Source: Amoebidium appalachense (taxonomy: Eukaryota > Protista > Ichthyosporea). From it: 64,000 nt of DNA. Of the stretch, positions 35,890 to 48,842 are shown in pieces. A program made the translations under genes and the position numbers. Location: assembly GCA_963693365.1 (NCBI GenBank), contig CAVNZM010000002.1, forward strand, positions 6,771,943 through 6,835,942. The letters are read 5' to 3'. A model generated the notes under the pieces. The model was not told the DNA's origin and did not search any database. It saw nothing but the letters and a program-made list of their open reading frames with translations. Numbering within the stretch: the first letter of the stretch is position 1; each line of letters starts with the position of its first letter.

Positions 35890-36277
35890 CAGGGGGGGGG
35901 GGGGGGGGGACGTTTTGCAGATATATCGACTAGAGTCCCTCATCAGGGGACACATTCACAGTGCTTTATTAAGATCGGCCTTCAAGGCCAAAAAAGCTCA
36001 ATTTCGACTAAGATTAGATCATAGCATTTTATGAGGCCGGCCAGGCCTTAAATACAAAAAGGAGAAAAAACAATACACAGCTAAACATAGATCTAATATT
36101 AGCTAAATCAATCGACACACTGGTACATTGCCTGGAGTAAACAGCATCAATCCCACTGGTACATGACTGAGTGTGTGCATGTCTGTATGTGTGTGTGTGT
36201 GTGTGTTTGCGTGTGTGTGTGAGTGCATATGTGAGTGTGCATGTGCATGTGCATGTGCATGTGCATGTGTGTGTGTG

Positions 36278-36317
<40 letters not shown>

Positions 36318-36530
36318 GGAGGGAGGGAGGGACGGAGGGAGGGAGGGACGGGGGGAGGGAGGGAGGGATGGTTGGGAGGGAGGGATGGAGGGGGGAGGGA
36401 GGGAGGGACGGAGGGACGGAGGGAGGGAGGGAGGGATGGTTGGGAGGGAGGGAGGGAGGGGGGAGGGAGGGTGGGAGGGAGGGAGAAAAGAGAGAGAGAC
36501 AGTGTGTGTGTGTGCATATCTGTAGGTGTG

Positions 36531-36565
<35 letters not shown>

Positions 36566-36723
36566 GCATATGTGTGTGCATGTGCATGTGTGTGTGTCTG
36601 TGTGTGCATATGTGAGTGTCTGTGTGTGCATATGTGCATGTGTGTGTGTGTGCGTGTGTGTGTGTGTGTATGCGTGTCTGTGTCTGATGTGTGGATGTCT
36701 GTGTATGTTGTGTGTGTGTGCAG

Positions 36724-37143
36724 ATTATTCCCTTTGTCATCCGTGACCTCATCCCCGATTCCCCATTGGCCAACACCAAGGCTTCCAAGGTGTTCCTTCA
36801 TTGGAACAAGTGGTATGATATGGTGTGCAGAGACAAGTACACCGAAGCAGATCTGGATGAAATGACGGATCAGTATCGCCTGTACTCCCCCCCCCCCCCC
36901 TTCCCCCCCTCCCCCTCCCCCCCCCCCTCCCCCCTCCCCTCCCCCCCCCCCCCCCCCAGGCAACCAACTTGCACAACCCCCTTTCATTTCTGGAATTGGT
37001 ACCATTAGACATCCAACAGTCATACTCAAGACCACTAATGGATATATAAGGATGATGTTTAACATATCGTGTACTCAATAGATATGCTCTGTATATACCT
37101 AGAGTATACGATGGATATCCAATGTTTACACATGTTGCCATGC

Positions 37144-37181
<38 letters not shown>

Positions 37182-39814
37182 CCACCACCCCCCACAACAA
37201 CCACCACCACCAACACCTGCACAAACGCCGTGGCAGTAACTAAAATGGTGACAATAGGTTCGCCAAGGCTGCGTACGAATGTTTTCATGACTCTTCCAAC
37301 AACGAACTCAAGACAGCCAAGCTCCATGCAGGCGACCACTACAGCGACGACTTCCGTCTGTTTGGTCCTCTTGTGACAGCTGAGAGCTGGGAGCGGGCCC
37401 ACAAGCACTACTGCAAGATTCCATATCGAATGACCAACAAGAACAGCACCTTCATCAAACAGGTTGGTACTTTTCTTCATGCATGTGGTGTATACACGTC
37501 TGGTATGTGTGTACAGGGTGGGATGAGGGAGAGGGCCGGGGGGGGGAAGGGAGGGGGGCCGGGGGGGGGGGGGGGGGGGGTAGGTGCACGTGTGAAGTGG
37601 TGTGGGGGTCCACACAACCAGGGGGGGCGATCCGTGGGGGGGTTTAAGGTGTGAAAGTTGGTTTTGCGCTACCAACTGTACATGAACAACCACTGCCTGC
37701 AGGTGCCGGGAAAGTGTGGGGATGTTGGGGGTTTGCATGCTACTAGCCTAGTGGGGGGGCAGTCTATGTGCACGTGTGCAGTCGTGTGGGGGTCCACACA
37801 ACCAGGGGGGCCGATCCCTGGGGAGGTTTAAGGTGTGAAAGTTGGTTTTGCGCTACCAACTGTACATGCACAACCACTGCCTGCAGGTGCCGGGAAAGTG
37901 TGGGGATGCTGGGGGTTTGCATGCTACTAGCCTAGTGGGGGGGCAGTCTATGTGCACGTGTGCAGTCGTGTGGGGGTCCACACAACCAGGGGGGCCGATC
38001 CCTGGGGGCGTTTAAGGTGTGAAAGTTAGTTTTGCGCTACCAACTGTACATGCACAACCACAGGCAGTGCCTGCAGGTGCCGGGAAAGTGTGGGAATGCT
38101 GGGGGGTTGCATGCTAGTGGGGGGGCAGTGTATGTGCACGTGTGCAGTGGTGTGGGGGTCCACACAACCAGGGGGGCCGATCCCTGGGGGGGTTAAGGTG
38201 TGAAAGTTGGTTTTGCGCTACCAACTGTACATGCACAACCACTGGCAGTGCCTGCAGGTGCCGGGAAAGTGTGGGGATGTTGGGGGTTTGCATGCTACTA
38301 GCCTAGTGGGGGGGCAGTGTATGTGCACGTGTGCAGTCGTGTGGGGGTCCACACAACCAGGGGGGCCGATCCCTGGGGGGGTTTAAGGTGTGAAAGTTGG
38401 TTTTGCGCTACCAACTGTACTTGCACAACCACTGCCACTGGCAGTGCCTGCAGGTGCCGGGAAAGTGTGGGGATGTTGGGGGTTTGCATGCTACTAGCCT
38501 AGTGGGGGGGCAGTGTATGTGCACGTGTGCAGTGGTGTGAGGGTCCACACAACCAGGGGGGACGATCCCTGGGGGGGTTTGAGGTGTGAAAGTTAGTTTT
38601 GCGCTACCAACTGTACATGCACAACCACTGCCTGCAGGTGCCGGGAAGTGTGGGGATGCTGGGGGGTTGCATGCTAGTGGGGGGGCAGTGTCATGTGCCC
38701 GTGTGCAGTGGTGTGGGGGTCCACACAACCAGGGGGGACGATCTGTGGGGGGGTTTAAGGTGTGAAAGTTCATTTTTCTTCCATCTACTAGTATTTAGGC
38801 CTCACATAATCTTTTTCTTTTTAGGTTGCAATCAAGGTACGTCGATGGGATGCACTAGATCTGCGTAGGGCTGTCATTATTGGGCTGGAGGAGGAGAGCG
38901 CCCCCAGAGCGGTCATTGAGGACGAGATGCCTGACTTGTTATTGGAGGACCTGGTGGATGCGGTGGTGGATGAGGAGGATGCAGGGGTTGCAAACCCTGT
39001 GGTTGCTGAAGATGTGGACCTCAATGACGCTGAGGATGACATTATCATGTCAGGTAAAGCTGCTTTCAGATGCATGGGAAGGGGGGTCCCGTGGGGGTGG
39101 GGGTGGGGGTCCATGAAAATTAAAGCATTTTTTTTCCTCCCTTCAGGCCGACAGAAATTGAGGAAAGACATGATTTCCCTCGGCCAACTCGACAATTTCT
39201 TCAACGTTGCTGGAAACCTCCAGCCACACCCGCTGCTACAAACAGATCGCCATGCTTGCCTCAAACACCTGCCCCTACAGTTGCAACTTAGTTTGTGCAA
39301 AGATACTGCAAACGCCGCACTGAACGTACCCCGCTCCCATCTTCCCTCGCCGTTCTCCTCCAACATCATTCGCTACAACAGCGCATATGTCCGGTTGGTG
39401 GGGATCAATGACAACCACTGGGTACGCATTGTGGCCTGCGACAAATTCTACGGGCCCCGAGACTGATATGATAACATCATCATCAACGCGGGACAGGACG
39501 ACAAGGGGAACAACGTGCATTTTTACGCAAGCGTCCTGCTTATCTTCCAGTTCAAGGGCGAGGATATGACCCCTCAGAACAAAGCATTCGTACGCTACTA
39601 CAACGAACTGAAACAAATGGACCAGGCAACAGGGTGCGCAAAACTACAGTGGGAAACAGTGAGAGTGGGGAATGCAAGGAAACAGAGGTACGATGTCATC
39701 AATGTGGACTCCATACTGGGGATTTTCCACTGCATACCACTGCCTAGGGTGCCCGGAGGGAAGGAAGAGTTTCTAGTGAACCGGTATGCAACTCTTGGCC
39801 GTTCACACCAGTGA
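36724..39814 (+). pseudogene. Plavaka/CACTA-like transposase, C-terminal part (N-terminal part not found)
   Basis: Exons encode [24 protein letters not shown] (36724-), ESWERAHKHYCKIPYRMTNK (~37380-37461), and RYNSAYV..YDNIII..FYASVLLIFQF..AFVRYY..ATGC..YDVINVDSILGIFHCIP..FLVNRY (~39370-39814). There is an in-frame stop at ~39464. Confidence 0.72.
37583..38770. repeat. Tandem array B, ~6.5 copies, 176-196-bp unit, inside a transposase intron
   Basis: GTCCACAC anchor at 37608, 37792, 37976, 38158, 38347, 38543, 38719. The array lies between donor CAG|GTTGGT (~37462) and acceptor TTTTAG (~38824). Confidence 0.93.
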
Positions 39815-40599
39815 CGGGCCTTTGCTCCGGATGACCATTTTTCGAGGCATATATTGTTTGAGTATTCATTGTAGATATGTGTCGGATATGTCCAACATAT
39901 ACGGCAGGGCATAGATAATTTGAGTTTATACTGTAGATATGTGGTGGATATGTACACCATATACTATTTCACGGTACTTTTCCTCTGCATGCCACTGCCT
40001 TGGGTGCCCAGAGGGAAGGAAATTTTTCTAGTGAACCGGTATGCAACTCTTGGCCGTTCACACCGGTGACGGGTCTTTGCTCTGGATGACTATTTTTCGT
40101 GGCATATATTGTTTGAGTATTCATTGTAGATATGTGTTGGATATGTTCAACATATACGGCAGGGCATACATGATTTGAGTATATATTGTAGATATGTGGT
40201 GGATATGTACACCATATAGGTTCGATATAGGATCCATACAGTACAACAATATCTACTTGTAATACACATGCAACAACAACCACTGCTACTCAAACGTAAC
40301 TAGTTCAGCGGCGCTCCACATATTACTAAAGTAGTCTACGTACTCGCCCACGGCTGTGTCACCAGCAAACATGCCAGCGCTAAGAAGCATATGAACACCA
40401 TTATCGTATCCATTTTTTTAGAGCCTTATTTGTACATGTTCTTAGTGTCCTTTCGAATTTTCGCTGCTTAAAGCTTTGCTTCCTCAGGCTGTTGTTTCCA
40501 AGTGTGCAGGGAGTGCACGTGATTATTACTATTAGCCAATCGCACGCAGTGGTTATTTTATGTCTTTTTGCCTTCCAAATTAAGGTTTACGAACGTGAG

Positions 40600-41723
40600 G
40601 ATCAATAGATATCCAATGCGCTTAGAATCTGTTTTTGTATATCTAATCAGGTATCTATCTAGATATCTTATACACCCCCGGCCGGATATCCAGGCGTCCC
40701 ACAAAGTTTTGACTCTCTGGTGCACAATGCTGATATTGAATATATCCATTTAGATATCGACATAGATATATTGGGTATATCGATACGATAGATATACAAT
40801 GCGCTTAGAATTGGTTTTTGTAAATCTAATCAGGTATCTATCTAGCTATCTTAAACACCCCCGGCCGGATGTCCAGGCGTCCCACAAAGTTTTGACTCTC
40901 TTGGGTGCACAATGCTGATATTGAATATATCCATTTAGACATCGACATAGACATATTGGGTATATCGACGCAATAGATATACAATGCGCTTAGAATTGGT
41001 TTTTGTATATCTAATCAGGTATCTATCTAGATATCTTATACACCCCCGGCCGGATGTCCAGGCGTCCCACAAAGTTTTGACTCTTTTGGGTGCACAATGT
41101 TGATATTGAATATATCCATTTAGATATCGACATAGATATATTGGGTATATCGACGCGATCGATATACAATGCGCTTAGAATTGGTTTTTGTATATCTAAT
41201 CAGGCATCTATCTAGATATCTTATACACCCCCGACCGGATGTCCAGGCGTCCCACAAAGTTTTGACTCTTTTGGGTGCACAATGTTGATATTGAATATAT
41301 CCATTTAGATATCGACATAGATATATTGGGTATATCGACGCGATCGATATACAATGCGCTTAGAATTTGTTTTTTGTATATCTAATCGGATATCTAGCTA
41401 GATATCTTATACACCCCCGACCGGATGTCCAGGCGTTCCACAAAGTTTTGACTCTTTTGGGTGCACAATGCTGATACTGAATATATCCATTTAGATATCG
41501 ACATAGATATATTGGGTATATCGACGCGATAGATATACAATTCGCTTAGAATTGGTTTTTGTATATCTAATCGGATATCTAGCTAGATATCTTATACACC
41601 CCCGGTCGGATATTCCGGCGTCCCACAAAGTTTTGACTCTTTTGGGTACACAATGTTGATATTGAAGACATCCATTGAGATATCTACATAGATATCTTGG
41701 GTATATCGAACCGATCGATATCC
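40600..41723. repeat. Tandem array C, ~6 copies, 183-186-bp unit, subterminal
   Basis: AT(G/T)CGCTTAGAAT anchor at 40616, 40799, 40984, 41169, 41354, 41540. Confidence 0.93.
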
Positions 41724-41992
41724 ATGGATCTCTTCGTTGGATATCCATTGGGATGTACCGCTGGTGATCTATTATACATTAGATATCCAATCACCATTGG
41801 ATATCTAACTGGATATCCCGTTCGATACCCATTTAGAATAGATATCTTCAGCATCACCTGTGGATATCTTTGACGGATTTGTTGAAACCCATCCAACGTA
41901 TCCAATGGATATATTCAACCAATCAAACATATCCAGCTGGATATGTTGGATGGGTTTGATGGGTTCGGGATGGCTGTCCAAGTTTGCTGATG

Positions 41993-42505
41993 GTGCACAA
42001 TACATTGGGGGTAGCAGGTGGCGGTAGGGGGTGTGCCAGCACGTACCCACACTACCATCGGCCCACTCCGGTTTAAAACGAACACCACAGGTGCCGTGCG
42101 TATGGGCCGGTTGGCGTTGACACCAGACAACGGCACGGTGTAGGCCAACGGACGTTGCCGAAAGTCCCGTATGGTGGAGACGTCCATGACGTTCAAGTTG
42201 TTGTTCTGTTCCGGAAAGATGAACGGTTTCTTGCGTGTAGGGGGACCGCCAATGTTGAGCTCCATGTTGCTGGTAGTTGCCTTGGTGTTCGTGTGTGTGC
42301 GGGGTTTGGTGATCGTGTTGGGTTTCTGAGTAGCACGAGGCTGTGTAGGGGGAGGGGTGGGGAGGGTTTTCATGCCCTGGCCCGGAGTCTTGACTTTCTT
42401 CTGCGTTGGGGGCGGCGGTTTGACTGCCGTAGGCTTCTTGGCGTCACGTGTCAGGGTGCTTTCATTGTCCGAAAGTACCGGGTAGTCGTCAAATTCGCCC
42501 GCCAT
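41993..42505 (-). pseudogene. Intronless Polinton ORF of unknown function, interrupted near its 3' end by the CACTA/Plavaka insertion
   Basis: ATG in ACCATGG context at 42505 and a P/T/K-rich N-terminus. Joining across the GT TSD gives ...PQCIVH-KSCPPSL* with the stop at 29709-29707, convergent with VLTF3. A minus-strand TATATAAA lies near 42725. Confidence 0.6.
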
Positions 42506-43329
42506 GGTTGAAGAGATGCTTAAATGATTGAAAGATGTGAGATTCTGAAGGATGCGAGTTTCTTGAACTGCGCGGTCGCCAATGTAAACAGTTGGACTAG
42601 TTAGGATAAGGCAGAGTGCAACTGAATCAAAATAAAGACAGAGAACGGGTAGTAAGGCACGCGCGGCCAGGTTACTATTTAATGTGCTCGTTCAGAGTGA
42701 TCCCCCGTACTGGGACGGCTTGTTTATATAGCCCCCAGGTTCCGGATCATCTGGATGGGTGGCATTGATGCCTTCGTGACTTCTGACCAGTCAGAAGTTG
42801 CGATCGTCCTTATGTGCACACAGTGCACCCATAACAGGAAGCCAACTAAATAGGATAACTTTGTGGCAAATGATTGGTCAACACTTAAGCCCGTTTAGGT
42901 TTATACAAATGGGTCTGACTTCCTTATTGGTTCCGTTCGTTTAGCTACAGATGTTGCCTTCGTAGTGGATGAGACTTGCATTCCTATCCTAGCGGTTCTC
43001 GAATTTCTATTTGTTCGTACTGACTGCACGGCCACTGCATGTTGCCGGCGCCGCGGCTCAGTCGTGAGCCGCAGCCCGCGGCTGTCGCGTATGATATTGA
43101 TCTGATCATATGTACGCGGCGCCTCAGTCGCGAGCCGCAGCCCGCGGCTGTCGCGTATAATATTGATCTGATGATATGTACACAATATCTACGTGATCGC
43201 TATGATATGTACAGTATATTCGTAATAGTAAACATGTACGGCGTGTACAGATGTTTACAACGGGCGGGGTGTACCACACTGCATTGGTGTTTTGTTAGAA
43301 GCACTCTTCAAGTTGTCTCAAACCTATGG

Positions 43330-44712
43330 TAGAGATGTGGTTAATGGGCACCTTTCATATGGTTTTTCTCGACTAGAGGTCTCTTGCAGGGTCCATTGCT
43401 TAGCCCCTTTTTGTTTAACCTATTTATAGATGATTTGGCTGTCAAGATTTATGCCGAAAACGATGACCCTATTAATAACTTTCCGCCTGCACTTCTCTAT
43501 GCTGATGATCTGTCCCTCCTTGCCCGTACCCCTAGATGCCTGCAAAGATTGTTCGATGTAGTGTCAGAGTGGTGCAAGGCAAACCTTATGATCCTTAACA
43601 TAGACAAATGTGGTGTTCTTGTACCTGATATAGCCAACAATTTACACACATTTACATTATCATCTAAAAATGTACCTCTAGTTCCAGAATACAAATATCT
43701 CGGTGTTCCGGTTAATTCTGTTGGTGTTATGTTTTCCCATATGGTTGAAAAGAGGGTAGAGCTGGCACGCGGTTAGCTTTCTTCTCGGCTAATATTTTTA
43801 AAGACACACCCCTCCATCCTTCGATTAGAATTACATTTATTCTCACTTTTGTCTTCCCGGCATGTGAATACTAGTATTGTTTACCCCTTCTCGCCGCTTG
43901 GATAAAGAAAGAGAGAACTAGAGCGCTTAAACCCCTGGCAAATTTCCTTGAAGCAGAAGTTGCCTCCTTTCTATCTAACAACTGTTGTAAACCTGGGCCT
44001 GTAACGCTCTCGATATATGGTCTGGTCCCAATAGCTGCTAGAGTATCCCATCTCGCGCTGAAATTCAATAAGCACATAAGCCGCTTAAAGAAGTATTTGC
44101 CCTCCCACCCTCTCTTCTCTATCCACCTATCCCCTCTTTCCTTCCCTCTCTCTCTCCTTCTCCCCCGGGCACAAATACAAATAGACCCCACAAAAGTGTG
44201 TGTGTGACTTGGTACTGCCACTTACTTTTTAGACATGTACATAATCACAAAATAATTACGCAATATAACAAATGGAAAAAGATGCCACACGACACTAGAC
44301 CCGATGAAAGCGTACACCTTGAATAACTAAGCCTTATGTCTCGGTTTATATATAATGACCGCCTTAACCATATTACCAAATATGGCACTCGCAAATGTGT
44401 AACACCTAAATACACATTACCTTCCTGTAGAATAGGTCTTTCTCTAACTGATGGTATTATTGATCACATACCACGCTTTTACTGTACACGTGCTATACAG
44501 TGGAGATCTAACTTAATAAGTATAAGGTGGCATCATTTGCATGCCCAAACAACACACACACACACACACCAGTTTAAACGATCATGTATCGTCAAATGTA
44601 GTTTAATAGACCACATTATACCGCAACACACACACTGTGACACGACACATTCACAACAGACACCCAGAAAGATAGCCTACCTGAAAATTACAACATCCTT
44701 GATTTTATACTA
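43330..44712 (+). mobile_element. 5'-truncated, decayed non-LTR retrotransposon (reverse transcriptase C-terminal part)
   Basis: Motifs RGLLQGPLLSPFLFNLFIDDL, LLYADD, LNIDKC and YKYLGV. Stops and frameshifts follow 43776. A (CA)n tract and an A-rich tract at ~44986-45049 come next. Confidence 0.85.
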
Positions 44713-44784
44713 AACACGCGTAACTACGACCTGTTTATTAGATGTATTGATTGGCTTGAGAAACACGTCATTACAAAACTCTAG

Positions 44785-44953
<169 letters not shown>

Positions 44954-45429
44954 CCAGCTGATACCGAGTGTCCCAGGGCAGCCCGAAAATAAAAAAAAAT
45001 AAAAAAAATAAAAAAATAATAAAATAAAAAAACAAAAAAACAAAAAAAAGAAACGGGGAACCCCAACTCATTGATTTTTCTTAGTCTCTATGGTGTCTCG
45101 TAGAGAAAGTAAACCCTGATATATAATCATCACCAGACATCTATGTACGTGATCATGATATACCGCCAAGGGGATATTCCGAGCAAAAACCCCTCATACC
45201 TGAGACTGGTCTCTCTTTGCCTCGAGTAAACAGCGTAAATCCCCCATACCCATGTCTCTCATAACTGTGACACTGTGTTTTACGTGCCTGCGCATCATGT
45301 GTGGTCCGTACGCCCAACAGTGTAACCCCAACATACACAAGAAATCATACAATCACACACCGGTCCCACCTTCCGTGTGTCTATTTGTCCCTAGGCAACA
45401 TCCCGTATACAGTACGTGCAACCCGTCCT

Positions 45430-45460
<31 letters not shown>

Positions 45461-46505
45461 GCCCCTCGCCCCTTCTCCTCCCCCAAATCTCTCTCCTTCA
45501 AATTCACACCCAGGATAAACCCAGGATAAACCCTCAATCCCCCTTCATCGCCACCACCTCCCCCTCCACCGCACCATCACTCTCCCCCAAACCCGACCTC
45601 TGTGTTGTTGACGGAGGTAGGTCTATACGAAGGAAGCCCTAGGTATAGGGAGATCGGATGATAACCGGCTAAAAAAATACAATAATTGATAATAATTTAC
45701 AAAAATAAAAAACATAAACCCAATAACCATAACCCTATGTGTGTCTGGGCCCTAAATGGGGGGGCTGCCGCCCCCCCAACCCCCCGCTAAAGGGGCCTGA
45801 CGGCCCCTTTATGTCGCTTGGGGATCGAATCGTTCTCCCCTGATTTTACGTCATCGGATCGTGTTTTGTCCAATCAGGTGCGCGGGGACTTCCGGCGTAT
45901 GGACTTGGGTGTTGTTGACGTGTTCCTCCCGGGCAATCTCCGTGCGATTCGCGCCACGAACGCAGGTGAAGACCTATTCCTCTTGATCGTCGAATCAGCG
46001 ACCGAGGGCCTCCCAAGCTCCAAATCAGCAGAGTTTCCCTGTGTGTGTCTCCTCGTAGGAGGGGTGGCACCCGCGTCGGCGCGGTTTCTCTCCCCCGATG
46101 TTTTCTCCCCGAAATGGATGTATTCCTGTTGAAGCCTTTGCATGATTCTCTTCATCTCCCGCCTCGAAGGCGTAACTTCAATCCCCCCCGCGCGCGAACC
46201 AAACCCATCCTCGTTCCCTGCCATCCCTCCTGAACCTGAGCCCATTGCACCCGAGAGGAACCCCGGGCTGCGTGGTTTCACCCTGGGTGATGGGTGTGTG
46301 TGCACGTCAGGTGTGCGGCTGTTGGGGGCCTATCTGCCGTGTATTGCTGCACGTATGGCTATAACTTCTCCTCAACCTCCTTTTGTACCCTCACTAGAAG
46401 GGTCTGTACACTCTCTGGCCCAATTTCGTGCCTCTCTTGGCCCAGTCCGTTCAAGCCGTTGGAGCTGCAAAGGAGGGGGAGGAGGGGTGGGAGTGGGGGG
46501 AGGGG

Positions 46506-46540
<35 letters not shown>

Positions 46541-46787
46541 GAAGTGGCAGGGGGAGGGGGGAGAGGGGAGGAGAGTTAGAACTTGTTATAGAGTACGAAG
46601 ACAACGTCAGCGGGTGCCCTCCGCGGGGGGGGGGGGGGGGGGGGGGGGGGGGGATATGGGTGCGTGTTGATAAAATCTACCAATGTGCGTCGTGGCTGAA
46701 TACACATCCACCCACCCACCTCCCCACCCACCCTTCTCTCCCCACGCACACACACGCGCGCGCGCGCTCACCTACGCACACGTGCGT

Positions 46788-46847
<60 letters not shown>

Positions 46848-46948
46848 GTGTCCGTGTGTACGTGTGTGTGTGTGTTTGTATGTGTGTACGTGTGTGTGCG
46901 GCGCCTGTTTTGTGTGTGTGCGCGCGTGCGCACGCGCCGAGTGTGTAC

Positions 46949-47001
<53 letters not shown>

Positions 47002-47495
47002 ATTTGTATGTGTGTACGTGTGTGTTCGTAGGTGCTGCACACTACAGAGATCCAGCACATAAAAGTTTACCAAAGCAGCAGGAAAGTTACAATACCTTGG
47101 TAGAGTGTGCAATACCTTGGTAGAGGCACCCAAAGGGGCAGATGTGAACACTACTTCTCTGCACAACGTCTGCCTTTGTCTAGCACGAGGTCTCGTATAC
47201 ATGCATGCATTCATGCTCTCGCGTGTCTGCATGTTCCGGCATGAACTTCATACGCCTTGACGAGTACATGCAACCCTCTCAACAGGTGAATGATTTCTCA
47301 AGTGTGCCCTTCTCTACGTGTGAGTATCTCGGTGTGGACACGTGCGGTGGGGTGTATCTTGGTGACGAACAGGGCTGTTGTGGACAACCACATGAGGTGC
47401 ATGCAGCCCCTACCCTGCACACCACCCTCAGCCACGTGTTTCATGACCAGGCCACCACAGCCACTACGAGGCGACCATGGGCTGGAGCACCACTG

Positions 47496-47548
<53 letters not shown>

Positions 47549-48842
47549 CTCTCTCTCTCTCTCTCTCCCCCCCCCCCCCCCCCCCCCCCCCCCTCGCCAT
47601 TCAGCCTCGCACAACCATCTTCACACAATAACCCCTCATTAAGTTCCGGTTTGTGTGTAGAATCTAGAGTCATTGCCCGAGGAGATCTGTGTGACTGAAG
47701 ATAGTGAGCCGAGGCGATGCGGTTACCCACTTGAACGAGCCTTTCAGCAGACCAGCGCACTTGAACTTGGATGACGTGGAATAAAGAAAACAAAGAAGAT
47801 AGAAACATGACCTGAAAGGGGGGGGCGGGGGGCGGGGGGGGGGATCAAACAGTTTTTCCACCCGCGTTTCGTCATCAGAGACCTAAAGAATGGTTCCGTC
47901 ACAAAGACCTCAGATGCCATTGCGAGCTACTTCATCTGGCCATCGTATTTGCAAAGGTTGCTTATGCTAGCAAGAACTGTAGGTGGATGTTTGGACTGAA
48001 GGAGGGGCCTTGGCATACAGATGCCAACGGGAATTCCTCCCTATAAGCCATCTGTGTGCTTTTCCTATCTCCAGCATATGACGTAAGGTCGAGAACGCCC
48101 TGGACATCAATAGCCGTGCTTGAATGTCTCCAAGTAAGTGAAGGTCAAAGCCATGCCTAATGTGATTGTACTCTTCCACGGGTATGGTTAACACGTGACT
48201 GAAAGGACAGCGAAAAGAAGTGGCACATCATGCAGGTGCTGTGGGGGTGCAAGTCGTAAACATACACAAAACGCAATTATTCTCACATAAGGATTTACTG
48301 TACTGGCAAGACTTTCTCTGTCACAGTGGCAGTGTGCAAGGAGTTCACTGGTTTAAAGCAACCTACGTTCCAGCTGTATTGTGCACCCTTGTACATTTTG
48401 ACAGCTAGCCATGCAAACCAGCCCAAACAAAATCCTCCTCTAGGTCATCTTGCAGAAGGCCACCTGTGCCATCGGAAAGGAAAACAGCACCAGCATGCAT
48501 GAAAAAGAAAAAAAAATGCTAGCCATCCAATCCTGCAGCCCAAACGAGCCAATAGAAAGAAGCTGGTCAGGCAGTGAAACGTTATTAGAGGCGAGGTATC
48601 TAGCTGTGAAACAATCTGACAGGTACGTCGGAACTGCGAGCACGTGCACAAGGTACCCACAACCAGTCACAACGTGTCTCTGACAAGAGCCCCGAGCACC
48701 GAAAGGGCACAGTAACCAACAGGGACTTAAGCACATCCAACATCTCGATCACTGTATGGGTAGACACCATCACCAGGCCCTGCCAGTCCACCTCAACACC
48801 CCCCATGCATCCCTATTCACCACGCTACCTATTGCTCAACCG

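Larger units (their letters stand above)
29733..41992. mobile_element. CACTA/CMC-Plavaka-type DNA transposon nested in the Polinton
   Basis: 16-bp TIR CATCAGCAAACTTGGA at 29733 with its reverse complement ending at 41992. 2-bp TSD GT on both sides. GATATC/TATCCA-rich subterminal regions at both ends and Plavaka-like transposase exons inside. Removing it restores the 3' end of the ORF starting at 42505. Confidence 0.85.

Noticed and set aside
34285-41723. CRISPR-like arrays
   Set aside because: Whole units repeat with no unique spacers, there are no cas genes, and the context is eukaryotic.
47090-47125. 16-bp direct repeat CAATACCTTGGTAGAG as a TSD or excision footprint
   Set aside because: The copies are only 4 bp apart, so a simple local duplication is enough to explain it.
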